Assembly (NCBI RefSeq): GCF_024700885.2
Contig: NZ_CP117016.1
DNA length: 64,000 nucleotides
Reading direction: 5' to 3' (one strand)
Source: Escherichia coli
GTDB lineage: Bacteria > Pseudomonadota > Gammaproteobacteria > Enterobacterales > Enterobacteriaceae
The position numbers and the translations under genes are program-made. Positions 41,442 to 52,068 of this stretch are shown here, one piece after another. How positions within the stretch are numbered: the first letter of the stretch is position 1; every line of letters begins with the position of its first letter. The notes under the pieces are model-generated. The model did no database searches. It was given only the letters and a program-made list of their open reading frames with translations, and was not told the DNA's origin.

Positions 41442-42522
41442 TTTCCTGAGTCTCCTTACGTTGATAATGTTCCTGAACCCGCTGATAACGCCCCAGACTG
41501 ATGGTCATGACGCGTGCCGCTGAAGTCGCTATCTTTGCCTGTGTTCTCATTACTGCCGTGCGCCCCAGTTGCGGACTACCGGCTGCCGGTCGGCAACTGA
41601 GCCGGGCATCCGGTAACAGTGAACGCTCAACACAAAGTTGCAGACGTACATCCAGACGGCTTCCCAGATAAACATGCAACAACGCCAACAAATCAGAATA
41701 CAGATGCCCGCCTGGTAACCAGCCCTGTACCTCGCTGCCCGTCTGTGTTGAAAGCTGTAATAACACCTGTCCGTTCACATCCGTGGCATGATCGCCCATC
41801 ACCGGGCGACTCTTCAGACTGACCGGTTGATGAACACGCATGGTCAGCGGTGTTTTCAGCGGGATCCGTCGTCGGTCATGATGCCAGACACGGGCCTGTG
41901 TTCCGGGAGCCAGCAGCGTTACCAGTGATGTCAGCCCTTCAGCTGTTCTTCCGGGTAACAACATCAGGGGCAATAACGCCAGAAAACGCGATACCGGCGT
42001 GGCAATATTCTGTGCACATCCGGGGATCCCCAGTCTGGCCAGACCGAGCAGATACTGGGATGTTTTATCCTGTCCTCCCGCCTCAAAGGTGGCCGGGTAC
42101 GAATATTTACGCCAGATACGGTAATACTGGGTGATCAGACGATGACTGAATATATCGAGAAAATCCGCTGCGGCCTCATGGCCTTCCCGCTGCTGTGCAA
42201 TATCACTGATATAGTGTGCCGGCAACGGAGACGTGACCCCGTAAAGTCCCATAAACGTCACATGTACAATGGGTGGCAGATGGGATTCTTCAGGAATTAC
42301 AGCGTCTTTTATTTCACTCGCAGGAAACCCCATTCCCGGGTATGGACAAAAGCGAACCGCTTCCTGACGGGCCTGCCAGCCACTGCCAATGGGAGGCTGG
42401 TCTGGCTGGCTTTGTTCCAGCAACTGACAGAAGCGGTAAAAATTAATATACGGAAGCTGTTTCCGGTAACGGGTAATTAACCGGGCAGGCGCGGATTGTG
42501 ATTTTCTTTCCACCGGATGCAT
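41422..42522 (-). CDS. tssG: T6SS baseplate subunit TssG
   Basis: 366 aa; position between tssF and tssJ. Confidence 0.8.
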   Translation of the reverse strand: MHPVERKSQSAPARLITRYRKQLPYINFYRFCQLLEQSQPDQPPIGSGWQARQEAVRFCPYPGMGFPASEIKDAVIPEESHLPPIVHVTFMGLYGVTSPLPAHYISDIAQQREGHEAAADFLDIFSHRLITQYYRIWRKYSYPATFEAGGQDKTSQYLLGLARLGIPGCAQNIATPVSRFLALLPLMLLPGRTAEGLTSLVTLLAPGTQARVWHHDRRRIPLKTPLTMRVHQPVSLKSRPVMGDHATDVNGQVLLQLSTQTGSEVQGWLPGGHLYSDLLALLHVYLGSRLDVRLQLCVERSLLPDARLSCRPAAGSPQLGRTAVMRTQAKIATSAARVMTISLGRYQRVQEHYQRKETQENGDYRW

Positions 42523-44240
42523 TTTCCTTCAGGCTGAACAATCAGTGTGAGCTGATTGAACTGATTCATATCGGCGTACAGGGCCAGGAAACGGTTGAGC
42601 ATTTCGCCAAACAGGTGAATATCTCCCTCTCCGGCAAACCCGTTGCCATCAAGAGTTACCTCCACATCAAGCCCCCGGAGCAGAAAACCCTTTTCAAAAC
42701 GCTGAATACGATGATGCTGTACAGCCAGAATGGCATCAAGCCGACGGTGATTAAGTTCATCGTCCCGCCAGTTATAAAGCGCCAGCGTGCCACGCAGCAC
42801 TTCCGCACTGCTCAGCATGTTAAGAAATCCTGTCCCCAGATGACTCATCACCCGCCAGTGAAAACGATCTTCTGTCGGCGGATAAACCGGTAGCGTGGGT
42901 TTACAAAGATTACGTACACTGACCGGGGCCTGCAGTACCTGTTCACACCGATCAAGCAGCGTACTCTGCAACGCACGACGGGGAAGCTGACCATTGGTAC
43001 CTGTAATACGTAATGAAAGCGTTTCCCGCTCCGGCATCCGATCCGCCTCCCACCGCTGACCGCCAAGGATAAGCCATGTGTCATACATCCCCGTGACACC
43101 CCGCTTCACCCGGGTATGATAATAACGTTCGGGTGCATCATGGCGCAGCATTCCCCCACGGTGACGGAAGCTGGTAAAAGGCACGTACTCTGCACTGCCG
43201 GTCCGCCCGGAGCCCGTCACCGCATCCACTGAATATATCTCCGTATACCCATCCTGCAGACGCTTCGGGCGCAGCAGGTATTCGCTCTCCAGCCCATTGA
43301 TGATGAGTGGATCGGCTTCAAGCGTAAAAAGGTTAATCACCGGCACACAATGCAGACACAGGGCATCGTCTGTCACAGGTAAATCTGCTGGCCAGGGCTG
43401 ACTCAGCACCACCTCAAGATCGAATCCGGAAATACCTGCCGGCAGAGAAACATTCTCCAGTCCGTTCAGATGAACAAACATAAACTTTTCCCGAAAGGTG
43501 AAATATTCCAGCAATAACTGATACCCACTGAAAGCACTGTCACCTTTCGGCCACAGCCGATCTTCTTCTGCAAAACCACCGGGTGAAAACCATCCGTCAA
43601 TGCGGATCCGCTCATCATTTCCCGGCAGCCTCAGATACAGCGCAGCCAGACGCTTTGTCATCATCAGATGAAGGGTGCTGCTGACCGGGGCTTCTGCTGC
43701 CAGATACAGGCTCAGACGATGCAAATCGACCTGAGACCAGTCAGCCAGTTCACTGCAGGCAAAACCTATTTTCAACACTGAACGCCCGTCCGGCTCCGTC
43801 GTCATAACAACCTTCTCCACTGCCAGTGGATTCAGTGGTATGGCCCGGGTGGTACGGTAACGACAGACTGTATTTCCGGGGCCAACAGGGCGGGAAGTCA
43901 CTTCCAGTCCGGCTGGTACGGTTTCAGCCATTTTCATGACGGATAACCGGGGAGTCAGTGCCACCACCGACAGGGACGGGATAGTACGCAGATAATGAGG
44001 CCAGAGCATACTGACCAGACTTTCAGTAAGCTCCGGCAAATCATCGTCGATTTTCTGGCGCAGTCGTCCCATGGAAAAGGCGAAACCTTCAAACAGGCGT
44101 TCCACGCAGGGATCAGGCGTACCCGCTTTATCGAGATCCAGCATCGCCGCCCGATCGGGATGAGCCTGTGCAAACGCCTTTCCGGCTTCACGCAGATAAC
44201 GCATTTCAGCGTCAAAATAACGCAGGGTTAAATCGTCCAT
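42477..44240 (-). CDS. tssF: T6SS baseplate subunit TssF
   Basis: 587 aa; N-terminus LRYFDAEMRYLREAGKAFAQAHPDRAAML...PDPCVERLFEGFAF. Confidence 0.85.
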   Translation of the reverse strand: MDDLTLRYFDAEMRYLREAGKAFAQAHPDRAAMLDLDKAGTPDPCVERLFEGFAFSMGRLRQKIDDDLPELTESLVSMLWPHYLRTIPSLSVVALTPRLSVMKMAETVPAGLEVTSRPVGPGNTVCRYRTTRAIPLNPLAVEKVVMTTEPDGRSVLKIGFACSELADWSQVDLHRLSLYLAAEAPVSSTLHLMMTKRLAALYLRLPGNDERIRIDGWFSPGGFAEEDRLWPKGDSAFSGYQLLLEYFTFREKFMFVHLNGLENVSLPAGISGFDLEVVLSQPWPADLPVTDDALCLHCVPVINLFTLEADPLIINGLESEYLLRPKRLQDGYTEIYSVDAVTGSGRTGSAEYVPFTSFRHRGGMLRHDAPERYYHTRVKRGVTGMYDTWLILGGQRWEADRMPERETLSLRITGTNGQLPRRALQSTLLDRCEQVLQAPVSVRNLCKPTLPVYPPTEDRFHWRVMSHLGTGFLNMLSSAEVLRGTLALYNWRDDELNHRRLDAILAVQHHRIQRFEKGFLLRGLDVEVTLDGNGFAGEGDIHLFGEMLNRFLALYADMNQFNQLTLIVQPEGKCIRWKENHNPRLPG

Positions 44241-44247
44241 TATCTTC

Positions 44248-44940
44248 TCAGAATAAAGCTAACTGTTCCGGAGACTCGCGCTCTGACTTCAGCCATGCCT
44301 CAAACAATCGCCCGAACTGAACGGCAAGCCGGATTTCATTAATCAGATTACATGTGAATATAACTGTCAGAAATATCATGATAAAATAAACGAGAGAAAA
44401 TAACATAAATAAAACTGTATTACTCCCCGACAGAAATGGCATGGTTGTAAGTATCCCTCCCGTAAACTGAACACATAAAGAAAACACCGAAAACACTGCT
44501 ATCATCCAGTAACTTTTATGCACACGACGAGTATTAACAGTAAATTTGCCATCTAAAAATATACCGACAAAAGAATATTTAAGAAAACAATGCAGTCTGT
44601 TATCCACTGAGCTGATATTTCTGTCGGATATAAAACAAATCAGCTTATTACAACACCACGTCGGGAGATATATCCCCATCTGTTCATAACAGTATTTTAT
44701 TCTTACCAGTGTATTTTTCGTTGCTGGTTCTTTTGTCAGTTTGTCAATACGGGCAAGAATGGACTCCTTTTCAGATACAGGAATTTTTTCAAATCTGTAT
44801 TTCCTGATATTCGGCGCATAGCCATAATGCTGCACAAACCATTTGACAAGAGGAATAATAATGCCCGACAGAAGCGGTAACACCAGATTTTTGACTATAT
44901 CCTGAAATGTTTTGTCCTGAAGATAATGCATGACAGACAT
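44248..44940 (-). CDS. AT-rich membrane protein of unknown function inserted between tssA and tssF
   Basis: About 230 aa from MSVMHYLQDK; C-terminal TM helices (YWMIAVFSVFSLCVQF..., VLFMLFSLVYFIMIFLTVIF); start overlaps the tssA stop and the stop lies 7 nt before the tssF start; composition is much more AT-rich than its neighbours. Confidence 0.45.
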   Translation of the reverse strand: MSVMHYLQDKTFQDIVKNLVLPLLSGIIIPLVKWFVQHYGYAPNIRKYRFEKIPVSEKESILARIDKLTKEPATKNTLVRIKYCYEQMGIYLPTWCCNKLICFISDRNISSVDNRLHCFLKYSFVGIFLDGKFTVNTRRVHKSYWMIAVFSVFSLCVQFTGGILTTMPFLSGSNTVLFMLFSLVYFIMIFLTVIFTCNLINEIRLAVQFGRLFEAWLKSERESPEQLALF

Positions 44941-44941
44941 C

Positions 44942-46540
44942 TCATGAACTTCCCGAATTGCACAACACAGCAGCTCTGGCAGCATCAATGGCGATGAGCC
45001 CGGCAAGAAGATGTTCCATATCAGGCTGCAGACGCACCCTGTCACTTTCAGTTTTTGCGGACTTCATACGCAACAGTTTCAGGCGGCGGGCTTTTACCTC
45101 AAATACCAGTTCAGGTTCCCATTGTGACAGGGTCAGCCGGGTTGCACGTTCATCCAGCTCCGCAAGCAGGTGCAGGGCAAGGTCATTTTTTCCTGTCTGT
45201 TCGGCAACACGGGCCATCAACAGGCGCAGTAGCCAGTTGCTGCGGTCAGACTGAATACCGGGACGTGCCTGTAACCAGCTTAAAGCGGCTTCTGTTCCTT
45301 CATTATCCGCAATCTGCAGGGCTTCCGGCTCAAGAGATAAAATGTCGTTATCTCCGGGAGCTGCCGTTATCGTTACAGAAGGTTCTTCCGCCCAGCGTTC
45401 ACCACACTCCATCACCTGCTGCTGTATCCAGCTCAGCGTCACGTCATCGGCAAACGGCATGCCGTCGTTAAAAGCCAGTGTCTCAAGCCCCGGCAGGCGC
45501 AGAAGCAATCCTTTCAGGTCATACTGAATAATGGCAGCATAATTTTCTTTTCCGGTCTGCAACAGCGCCTGATGAATATACCACTGCAGGTCCAGCCACA
45601 GATGACTGGCTCCCCGGGCAAACATATCGTCACACTGTTCAAGCAGTGACAACCAGTTCTGCTGCAGATACAACCGTTTCAGTGACGCACGCCGGTCCGG
45701 CCCCGGTGGGGCAATACGGGTCCGTCCATCAGCAGATAACGGCGGTAACTGATGCAGCGTGTCATGCCGGACGCTTTTCATCAGTCGATGAGCCGCCAGC
45801 CAGCCCTCAGGCTGGTCACGCAGATATTTTGCCAGAACACGGGCCTGTGACAGCAGTTCCTGTCCGGAGGTGATGGCAGATAATGCCATGACGCTGCCGG
45901 ATGTTACCGTCGGTGCCGGCGCGGCAGCCTCCTGAGGCACCACTGCATCAACACCACCGGCCTTCATCAGGCGATTTTCAAGTGCCTGATATAACCCGTT
46001 CAGCACCGGGGCGGAAGCCTCATCCGTAAAGGTCTGTTCTGCCAGCCACAGCGCCCCGGCAATGCGCAGGGTATCCGCCTTCACCACCTCCGGATACAGA
46101 GACAGACTGTCCAGTATGCGGGCGCTGCATAACCACTCCAGCGCCGCCTTCCTGGCCCGTGACCGTTGTGGATGCAGGTGCTCTCCAAAACGCTGCAACA
46201 AACCGGTCAGCAGCTCCAGACCGTCGGCCAGACCTTTTTCACCATCCTGCCGCAGACGGGCCCAGATATACCAGGTCGCCACCCGGATATCTTTGGTTCT
46301 GGTGGTCAGTAATTTTTCTGCAAGCTGGCTGACAATTCCGGCATCGGCTCCGGAGAGTTTATTGACCTCTTCACGCATCTGCTGAAAATCATCATCGTAC
46401 CCCGCATCATCACCTGCGGGATTATCTGGCGTCACGGGAGCAAGCCATTTATCCCACAGCGCAATACGCACCTGAGCCGGTTCAGCCACATCCCGGGGTG
46501 TCGTCTGGCATGCGCTGAGGAGCGAATGAATGGAAGCCAT
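44942..46540 (-). CDS. tssA: T6SS protein TssA (ImpA N-terminal domain)
   Basis: 532 aa; ImpA-N motif PDNPAGDDAGYDDDFQQMREEV...KDIRVATWYIWARL. Confidence 0.8.
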   Translation of the reverse strand: MASIHSLLSACQTTPRDVAEPAQVRIALWDKWLAPVTPDNPAGDDAGYDDDFQQMREEVNKLSGADAGIVSQLAEKLLTTRTKDIRVATWYIWARLRQDGEKGLADGLELLTGLLQRFGEHLHPQRSRARKAALEWLCSARILDSLSLYPEVVKADTLRIAGALWLAEQTFTDEASAPVLNGLYQALENRLMKAGGVDAVVPQEAAAPAPTVTSGSVMALSAITSGQELLSQARVLAKYLRDQPEGWLAAHRLMKSVRHDTLHQLPPLSADGRTRIAPPGPDRRASLKRLYLQQNWLSLLEQCDDMFARGASHLWLDLQWYIHQALLQTGKENYAAIIQYDLKGLLLRLPGLETLAFNDGMPFADDVTLSWIQQQVMECGERWAEEPSVTITAAPGDNDILSLEPEALQIADNEGTEAALSWLQARPGIQSDRSNWLLRLLMARVAEQTGKNDLALHLLAELDERATRLTLSQWEPELVFEVKARRLKLLRMKSAKTESDRVRLQPDMEHLLAGLIAIDAARAAVLCNSGSS

Positions 46541-49500
46541 CAGTCAGTCTCCTCCACGGTATCCCCGGCATCTTCGTCATTGCCTGTAAACGCTGACGTG
46601 CCGGAGAGTTCGAAAACCGTTTCCGGCAGAACAAAATTGCGGAGTTTCAGCAATACAAGCGGCCCTTCCCCCGCTTCAGTTCGCAGTGTGTAATTCAGCA
46701 TACGACCGTCCTGCGCCTGCCAGCTCAGGCTCCAGCCACTGGCAACGCCCGGTGCGGCTTTCCGTCGGGCCATCTCAAGCAGACGTATCAGCCCCCAGCT
46801 TCCCGGCAGGTCTGCATACTGACGGGTACCGGCCTGAGTGCTTACCCAGCTTAAACTGGCGCCAGGTGCTTCCGTATCAGCCGGCCAGGTAAATCGCTTC
46901 CATACCGGCATCTGATTAACATAAATCAGTTTCTGATTATCGGTTATCAGCGTCGTCTGCATCACACCGGCAGCAGTTCCCGGGCGCAGCTCAAAATGCA
47001 GCCCCGCGTTACCTGTGGTGAACGCCACATCCGCTATTTCACTCAGGGTATTGATGGCTTTCAGAAACGCAGGGTTGAATGTCAGTCCCCGGGTATTAAT
47101 GGTATCAGGTACCCAGCGACTGCCTTCCCTGTGCAACACACCACTCAGGTTATTCTGCAGGAAACGGGCAATACGTCCCGTGTCCGTATTCAGGTATTTT
47201 GCCAGCAGGGGAAGCGAAGCATCGCTGCTGACATTTTTAAACGGATAACGCCCGGAAAATGCATTATTCCAGCCATCCACCACCGCAGTACGCCACCGGG
47301 CATTCAGACTTTCTGCCGCGGGCGTAAGAACCTGCTGCCACGCCTGCTCCATCGGGCGAACAAAGACCGTCTGTCCGAAGCCATACCACTCCTGTCCGAG
47401 TCCGGCAGCGGTCAGGCTGCCGTAATCCCGGGTATCGGTTAAATCAACCGATTTCCCCTGCAATACTGTCTGTGCCAGCAACTGCATCATGGCCTGCGGG
47501 TCAGAAGAGCCGGCAATCTGTTGCAGACGCAGACGAACCTGTGTCACCCGGGTCAGATATGTCTGCAGATTCAGCATATCCGCACTGTTGTTCTGATTAT
47601 CCATCAGTGCAAGCACCGGCCCGAAAGTCGTCGCCAGAGGACCGTGAAGCCGGCTTTCCGGTACTGCCACTGGCTGTTTTTCCTGTGAAAGCAGGTTTCT
47701 GGCAGATTTAACCAGTGAATCAGTAACCGCTTCCCGGGGCTGGCCAGTACACCCCTGAACCGCCAGCGTATTCATCAGAGCAACCAGGGGGGACTGGCGC
47801 ACATCAGCCATAAGCGTCAGTTGCTCTGTCACATCAGACAGCGTCTGAGCTTTACGCAAGTGCAGACTGTTCAGAAAATTCAGCCAGGCATTACCAAAAT
47901 CAGCAAAATAGCGCGTTGTCAGGCGCTGTCTGAGTGCTTCCGGCGATACCGGTGACGGTGCCTTCTGCCTGCCATCCGTCAGTACCCAGTCCATTTCTTC
48001 ACGACGCTCATTAATCACGGTGTCTATCGACGGCAATACGGCCTCTTCCCAGGCCTGGCGGGTAAACATACCGGGAACCACTTCATCCGTAAAAAAGAGG
48101 CGGGAGACATCAGTATCACCGGTCATATCCGTCAGACGCATATCCGCAAACTGATGTGCCACCCGTGCCAGCATTTTCTGATACAGCATGGCATCGCTGT
48201 TCTGTGTTCCCAGATGGCGAAGCAGCAGAGTTCTGCTCTGGCTGACCAGCTCTTCATCAGCCGTCAGCTTCCACTGAGGATGAGTAATAATCCCGGAGGC
48301 ATAATACGCCAGCAACGTCGGGCCATTAGCCTGCCAGAAAACGGCACTCACACCGTCACGCTGTGGCCATTCCCGCATGAGCGTACGACTGAACCAGGCG
48401 GGCTCCATATGTTGCGGTTGCGCCAGCATCAGATACAGTCTGAGCTGGTCATATGCGGGTTTTGCCATTTTCCCCCGCTGCGGGCTGTCCGGAGGAAGAC
48501 GAATAAATGTCCTGAGCTGCTGCTCAAGATGAGCAGCAGCGGCATCACGCAGTAAAAGATGTGCATTTTGTGCATAAAGGGGCATTACGACCGCGAGCAG
48601 GTCTGCATTCTGATTCATACCGGCCCGCAGGTACCATGGCGCCCCGTGCTCCTCCCGGTACTGAAGGCGGGCCAGGGATTTCTGCAGATTCAGCAACGCC
48701 TGCAGACGTTCTGCAGGAGACAGTTGCTGGTTCTGAGCCGGACGAATCTGTTCCTGTACTTCAGCAACCAGACTCCGGTTTGCCAGAAAGGAAACCACCA
48801 TTCCTGTTCCCTGAGCCATCATCAGTATGGCCGCCATAACGGCCAGACTTCTGCGCCAGTTATGACCTGTGCGGGAAGGCTGTAGCCGGACAGGTAATTG
48901 CTGCACTGTCTCCGGCAACGCCTCCCAGCGGTTATCCATTCGCCAGCGATGTCTGACACTTCGTTCACCGCCGACAGTTGCCGGACTGAAAACAATACCC
49001 GCCAGCAACAACTGACGGTATGGACGGAGTAATACGGATAATGGCTCCACCACAGCATCAATATTTCGTCTGAATCGCTCTGCCAGCGACAACAAAAAAT
49101 AATACCGAGGGGCACAGCATATCTGCTGTATCCCCTGAGCAACAAGCCCGGGGAGCATGGCCTGTAGTTGTGCTTTCAGTTTGTCAGAACTACATTCTGC
49201 TGGCAGAAGGCATCCCACGGGCTGAGTAATACGCCCTCGCTCATCCGGACTCTCCTGCAGTGACCAGACATACAGCGGCAGACGCCAGCCAAGGCGCTCA
49301 CAACATGAACTGACCGCACGGGAAACCCTGTCCAGGGCATCTTCTGTCAGTGGTGCGGATAATGTTTCACTCAGTCCGGAAGTTACCCAGACAATGCCAT
49401 CAGCAGGCCGGTAACGCAGACGGCGTAACGCAGCCAGCCAGTCTGCGTTTTCCGGCTGCGAGGGGTCTCCTCCCCAGAGAAGCAATGTCCCCTGCTCTTC

Positions 49501-49929
49501 CTGCCAGAACTGTTCTGTCAGGCCCGGGGTCAACAACTCAACCTCAGAGGCGGTACCTGTTATCAACAGAATGCGTATCTTACGTCCCCAGAATCTGCCA
49601 TACTGGCGCCGCAGAGTATGACGAATATCCTGAACAGTAACATAGCGCGGTGGCGTCTGAGCCAATCGCTCTTCATCGTCAGGTAACCTTTGCTCCTTAC
49701 GGGCCCTGCGTCGATATGTCAGTTCCTGAACATATTTTTTCATCACAGGCAGGTAACAGACAAAGAGCACCCCCAGACTCAGCAATATCAGCAGTAGTAT
49801 TTGATCCCGGCGTGTTTCTGCCCCCAGATATGCTCCATATCGGGTTATCAGCCACCAGAGCGCAGCCACACCAATAAATACAATCCCCGGTCGCCCAAAG
49901 CGACCAGACAGACAGGCCAGTTTATTCAT
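46540..49929 (-). CDS. tssM: T6SS membrane-complex subunit TssM (IcmF-like)
   Basis: 1129 aa; N-terminal TM helices; IcmF-like size and context. Confidence 0.85.
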   Translation of the reverse strand: MNKLACLSGRFGRPGIVFIGVAALWWLITRYGAYLGAETRRDQILLLILLSLGVLFVCYLPVMKKYVQELTYRRRARKEQRLPDDEERLAQTPPRYVTVQDIRHTLRRQYGRFWGRKIRILLITGTASEVELLTPGLTEQFWQEEQGTLLLWGGDPSQPENADWLAALRRLRYRPADGIVWVTSGLSETLSAPLTEDALDRVSRAVSSCCERLGWRLPLYVWSLQESPDERGRITQPVGCLLPAECSSDKLKAQLQAMLPGLVAQGIQQICCAPRYYFLLSLAERFRRNIDAVVEPLSVLLRPYRQLLLAGIVFSPATVGGERSVRHRWRMDNRWEALPETVQQLPVRLQPSRTGHNWRRSLAVMAAILMMAQGTGMVVSFLANRSLVAEVQEQIRPAQNQQLSPAERLQALLNLQKSLARLQYREEHGAPWYLRAGMNQNADLLAVVMPLYAQNAHLLLRDAAAAHLEQQLRTFIRLPPDSPQRGKMAKPAYDQLRLYLMLAQPQHMEPAWFSRTLMREWPQRDGVSAVFWQANGPTLLAYYASGIITHPQWKLTADEELVSQSRTLLLRHLGTQNSDAMLYQKMLARVAHQFADMRLTDMTGDTDVSRLFFTDEVVPGMFTRQAWEEAVLPSIDTVINERREEMDWVLTDGRQKAPSPVSPEALRQRLTTRYFADFGNAWLNFLNSLHLRKAQTLSDVTEQLTLMADVRQSPLVALMNTLAVQGCTGQPREAVTDSLVKSARNLLSQEKQPVAVPESRLHGPLATTFGPVLALMDNQNNSADMLNLQTYLTRVTQVRLRLQQIAGSSDPQAMMQLLAQTVLQGKSVDLTDTRDYGSLTAAGLGQEWYGFGQTVFVRPMEQAWQQVLTPAAESLNARWRTAVVDGWNNAFSGRYPFKNVSSDASLPLLAKYLNTDTGRIARFLQNNLSGVLHREGSRWVPDTINTRGLTFNPAFLKAINTLSEIADVAFTTGNAGLHFELRPGTAAGVMQTTLITDNQKLIYVNQMPVWKRFTWPADTEAPGASLSWVSTQAGTRQYADLPGSWGLIRLLEMARRKAAPGVASGWSLSWQAQDGRMLNYTLRTEAGEGPLVLLKLRNFVLPETVFELSGTSAFTGNDEDAGDTVEETD

Positions 49930-51070
49930 TCTGGTTTCCTGATGTAACAGTACTGATAAAATGTTCTTCTCCGGATGAGAATAAAGTCAGGAGAGAATCA
50001 TTACCAAGACAGACCAGATCGGCTGCCAGAGCAGTAAGCAGCCACGGAGCAGCAGGTCCCGGGATACCGCACCATTTTTCCAGTAACATACGTCCGGACG
50101 GTTCCCATCCGGCACCATACTGGTTTCCAATAGTCATCAGCGGTGCAGCAATCTTTTCCCAGTGATAACAGTCTCCCAGTACACGAGCGGTACGACAGGC
50201 TGCTGTCTGGGTTTCAAGGAAAAGTGTGAATTCATCATTAAACTTGTTGATATCCAGCGACATCGGGCGTAGCAGACGGGCTGAATGCGACAGATTATAT
50301 TTTTGCGCAACATCATCGCTGGTCAACAAAAGTGCAGCCAGTCCGTCAGAGTATGTATTTCCCCCATTAAGCTGTATTACCAGTATCAAATCCACAGTCA
50401 GCACTGGTTGTTTCAGACGCTCATCAACCCACCCCATGGAAAAGTCAGGAGTAACCTCGATATTGTCAGGAACGACGCGTTGGGGAAATAACGCTTCCCA
50501 TGCAGAAACAAAAGCAGATCTGATTTCAGAATCAGGCTGATCGGTTATCAGCGTCACATTTACAGGGAGAGCGGCAGGTAACTGACAAAATTTATCCGTT
50601 ATCTCCCTAAGCAAGACACGTAAAGAGGCTTCAACCTTATGCCCACTGTCAGAAAGATAATCTATTTTCTTTACAAGGCCGTACTGCAGAGGCAATTCAT
50701 CACAAAGAGTAGCTACCGTTATTTTATCAGGCAAATAAACACAACTGGCAGTAATAACAAGATACCTTTCGGCCCAGGATTCCCACTGTTTCTGAGCATA
50801 CTCCCCCTCTTTTTTAAGAAACAAATGTTCATCCATCTGGTTGCTCCACTGCCAGTGTCGCAGGCAAAACAGGAAAAACCAGCACCCCGGAGGAGTCAAT
50901 GCAAGCCACCAGATACTGAAATTATTTAATGCTTTCACATATTCTGATGCCCGGATAATAAACAACAGAGCACCAACAACAGCCATAAATGCCCCTGTCA
51001 TAAACCACAACATCATTGATGGTTTATGAGGTAATTCTGTTGATAATGATTTTGTTCTGCTCCATCCCAT
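49922..51070 (-). CDS. Hypothetical membrane protein (382 aa), T6SS-linked
   Basis: Two N-terminal TM helices followed by a soluble domain; translationally coupled between PAAR and tssM. Confidence 0.45.
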   Translation of the reverse strand: MGWSRTKSLSTELPHKPSMMLWFMTGAFMAVVGALLFIIRASEYVKALNNFSIWWLALTPPGCWFFLFCLRHWQWSNQMDEHLFLKKEGEYAQKQWESWAERYLVITASCVYLPDKITVATLCDELPLQYGLVKKIDYLSDSGHKVEASLRVLLREITDKFCQLPAALPVNVTLITDQPDSEIRSAFVSAWEALFPQRVVPDNIEVTPDFSMGWVDERLKQPVLTVDLILVIQLNGGNTYSDGLAALLLTSDDVAQKYNLSHSARLLRPMSLDINKFNDEFTLFLETQTAACRTARVLGDCYHWEKIAAPLMTIGNQYGAGWEPSGRMLLEKWCGIPGPAAPWLLTALAADLVCLGNDSLLTLFSSGEEHFISTVTSGNQNE

Positions 51071-51073
51071 GTT

Positions 51074-51340
51074 TTATCCTATTGCACATTCCGGTGCACT
51101 GGATATAACCTTACACCCACACAGACATTTACATCCATCAATCACAACAGCTCTTCCATCAGATATCCATTCAGGAGAGCCCTCCACAATAGGATTGGTA
51201 CCATGTCCGGAAACAGGGCAACTAACCATATCTCCAACAAGAGCTACTTTTTTACCATCGACAATCATGGTTGAAGATGCAGAAATAACTTTACCACCAT
51301 GTGTGGTATTATCACCAAGCAATACAAAACCTTTAGACAT
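51074..51340 (-). CDS. PAAR-like spike-tip protein
   Basis: 88 aa; GDMVSCPVSGHG...IDGCKCLCGCKV pattern of PAAR-like Cys/His proteins. Confidence 0.7.
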   Translation of the reverse strand: MSKGFVLLGDNTTHGGKVISASSTMIVDGKKVALVGDMVSCPVSGHGTNPIVEGSPEWISDGRAVVIDGCKCLCGCKVISSAPECAIG

Positions 51341-51371
51341 AATACTCTCAAAAATAAATTTTCACTTTGAG

Positions 51372-52049
51372 TCACCAGTTGCCGTAGGGATAAATTTTCC
51401 CTTTGATAAAATCTGGTGTATCACCGTAATAAACATATCCATCTGGATGTTTAGTAACCCCCTTACACATCTTCATTTTATCACCCGATACTGTAGTAAT
51501 TTTAGCATCCAACTGAGGTACCACCGGATTACCGCGATCTCCCAGCCAGACTCTTACCTTCCCTTCAGGAGCCAGACCAATAATCATCGTTGAACGATAA
51601 TAGGTTTCGTTCCAGCGGTTGTCTGCGTAAGGCGTAACCATCTGCTCCCAGGTCCCTTTTTTAAAAAAAATCAGAGTTTCATAACTCTTTTTATCAATTA
51701 TTGAATCCCAGCAAAAACGCAACATCAGGGGTAATGCTTTCCCCTTGTTATAATACGACTCAGTCGCGCCCAGATGGTCATTCCAGCGCCCTACACTGAC
51801 CTGACTCGGCTCGGTATTATCAAGATACTGATAAGTCGTCTTATAACCTTCCCCGTCCACCATCAACGCCTGGGTGGCCAGCGCAGGCAGAGCCTTTGGA
51901 TAAATAAAGAGAAATTTCCATTCATCATAGGGTAATTTTTTATAACCCCATTCAGTCTTATCCAAATCAGCATACCGTGAGCTAACCGAATTACACCCAG
52001 TTAACAATGCCAATAATGGTGCGATAAAAATGATTTTATCTCTGGTCAT
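51372..52049 (-). CDS. tli1: Lipoprotein, candidate Tli1-type immunity protein for the adjacent phospholipase
   Basis: 225 aa; signal peptide with lipobox (LLTGC); immediately downstream of the DUF2235 effector gene. Confidence 0.55.
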   Translation of the reverse strand: MTRDKIIFIAPLLALLTGCNSVSSRYADLDKTEWGYKKLPYDEWKFLFIYPKALPALATQALMVDGEGYKTTYQYLDNTEPSQVSVGRWNDHLGATESYYNKGKALPLMLRFCWDSIIDKKSYETLIFFKKGTWEQMVTPYADNRWNETYYRSTMIIGLAPEGKVRVWLGDRGNPVVPQLDAKITTVSGDKMKMCKGVTKHPDGYVYYGDTPDFIKGKIYPYGNW

Positions 52050-52068
52050 GTATTGTCATCCTGTAGCG

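Noticed and set aside
46996-48885. Plus-strand ORFs inside tssM (for example 46996-47442, 48154-48555, 48559-48885)
   Set aside because: They are antisense to the 1129-aa tssM reading frame with Arg/Pro-rich translations; spurious.
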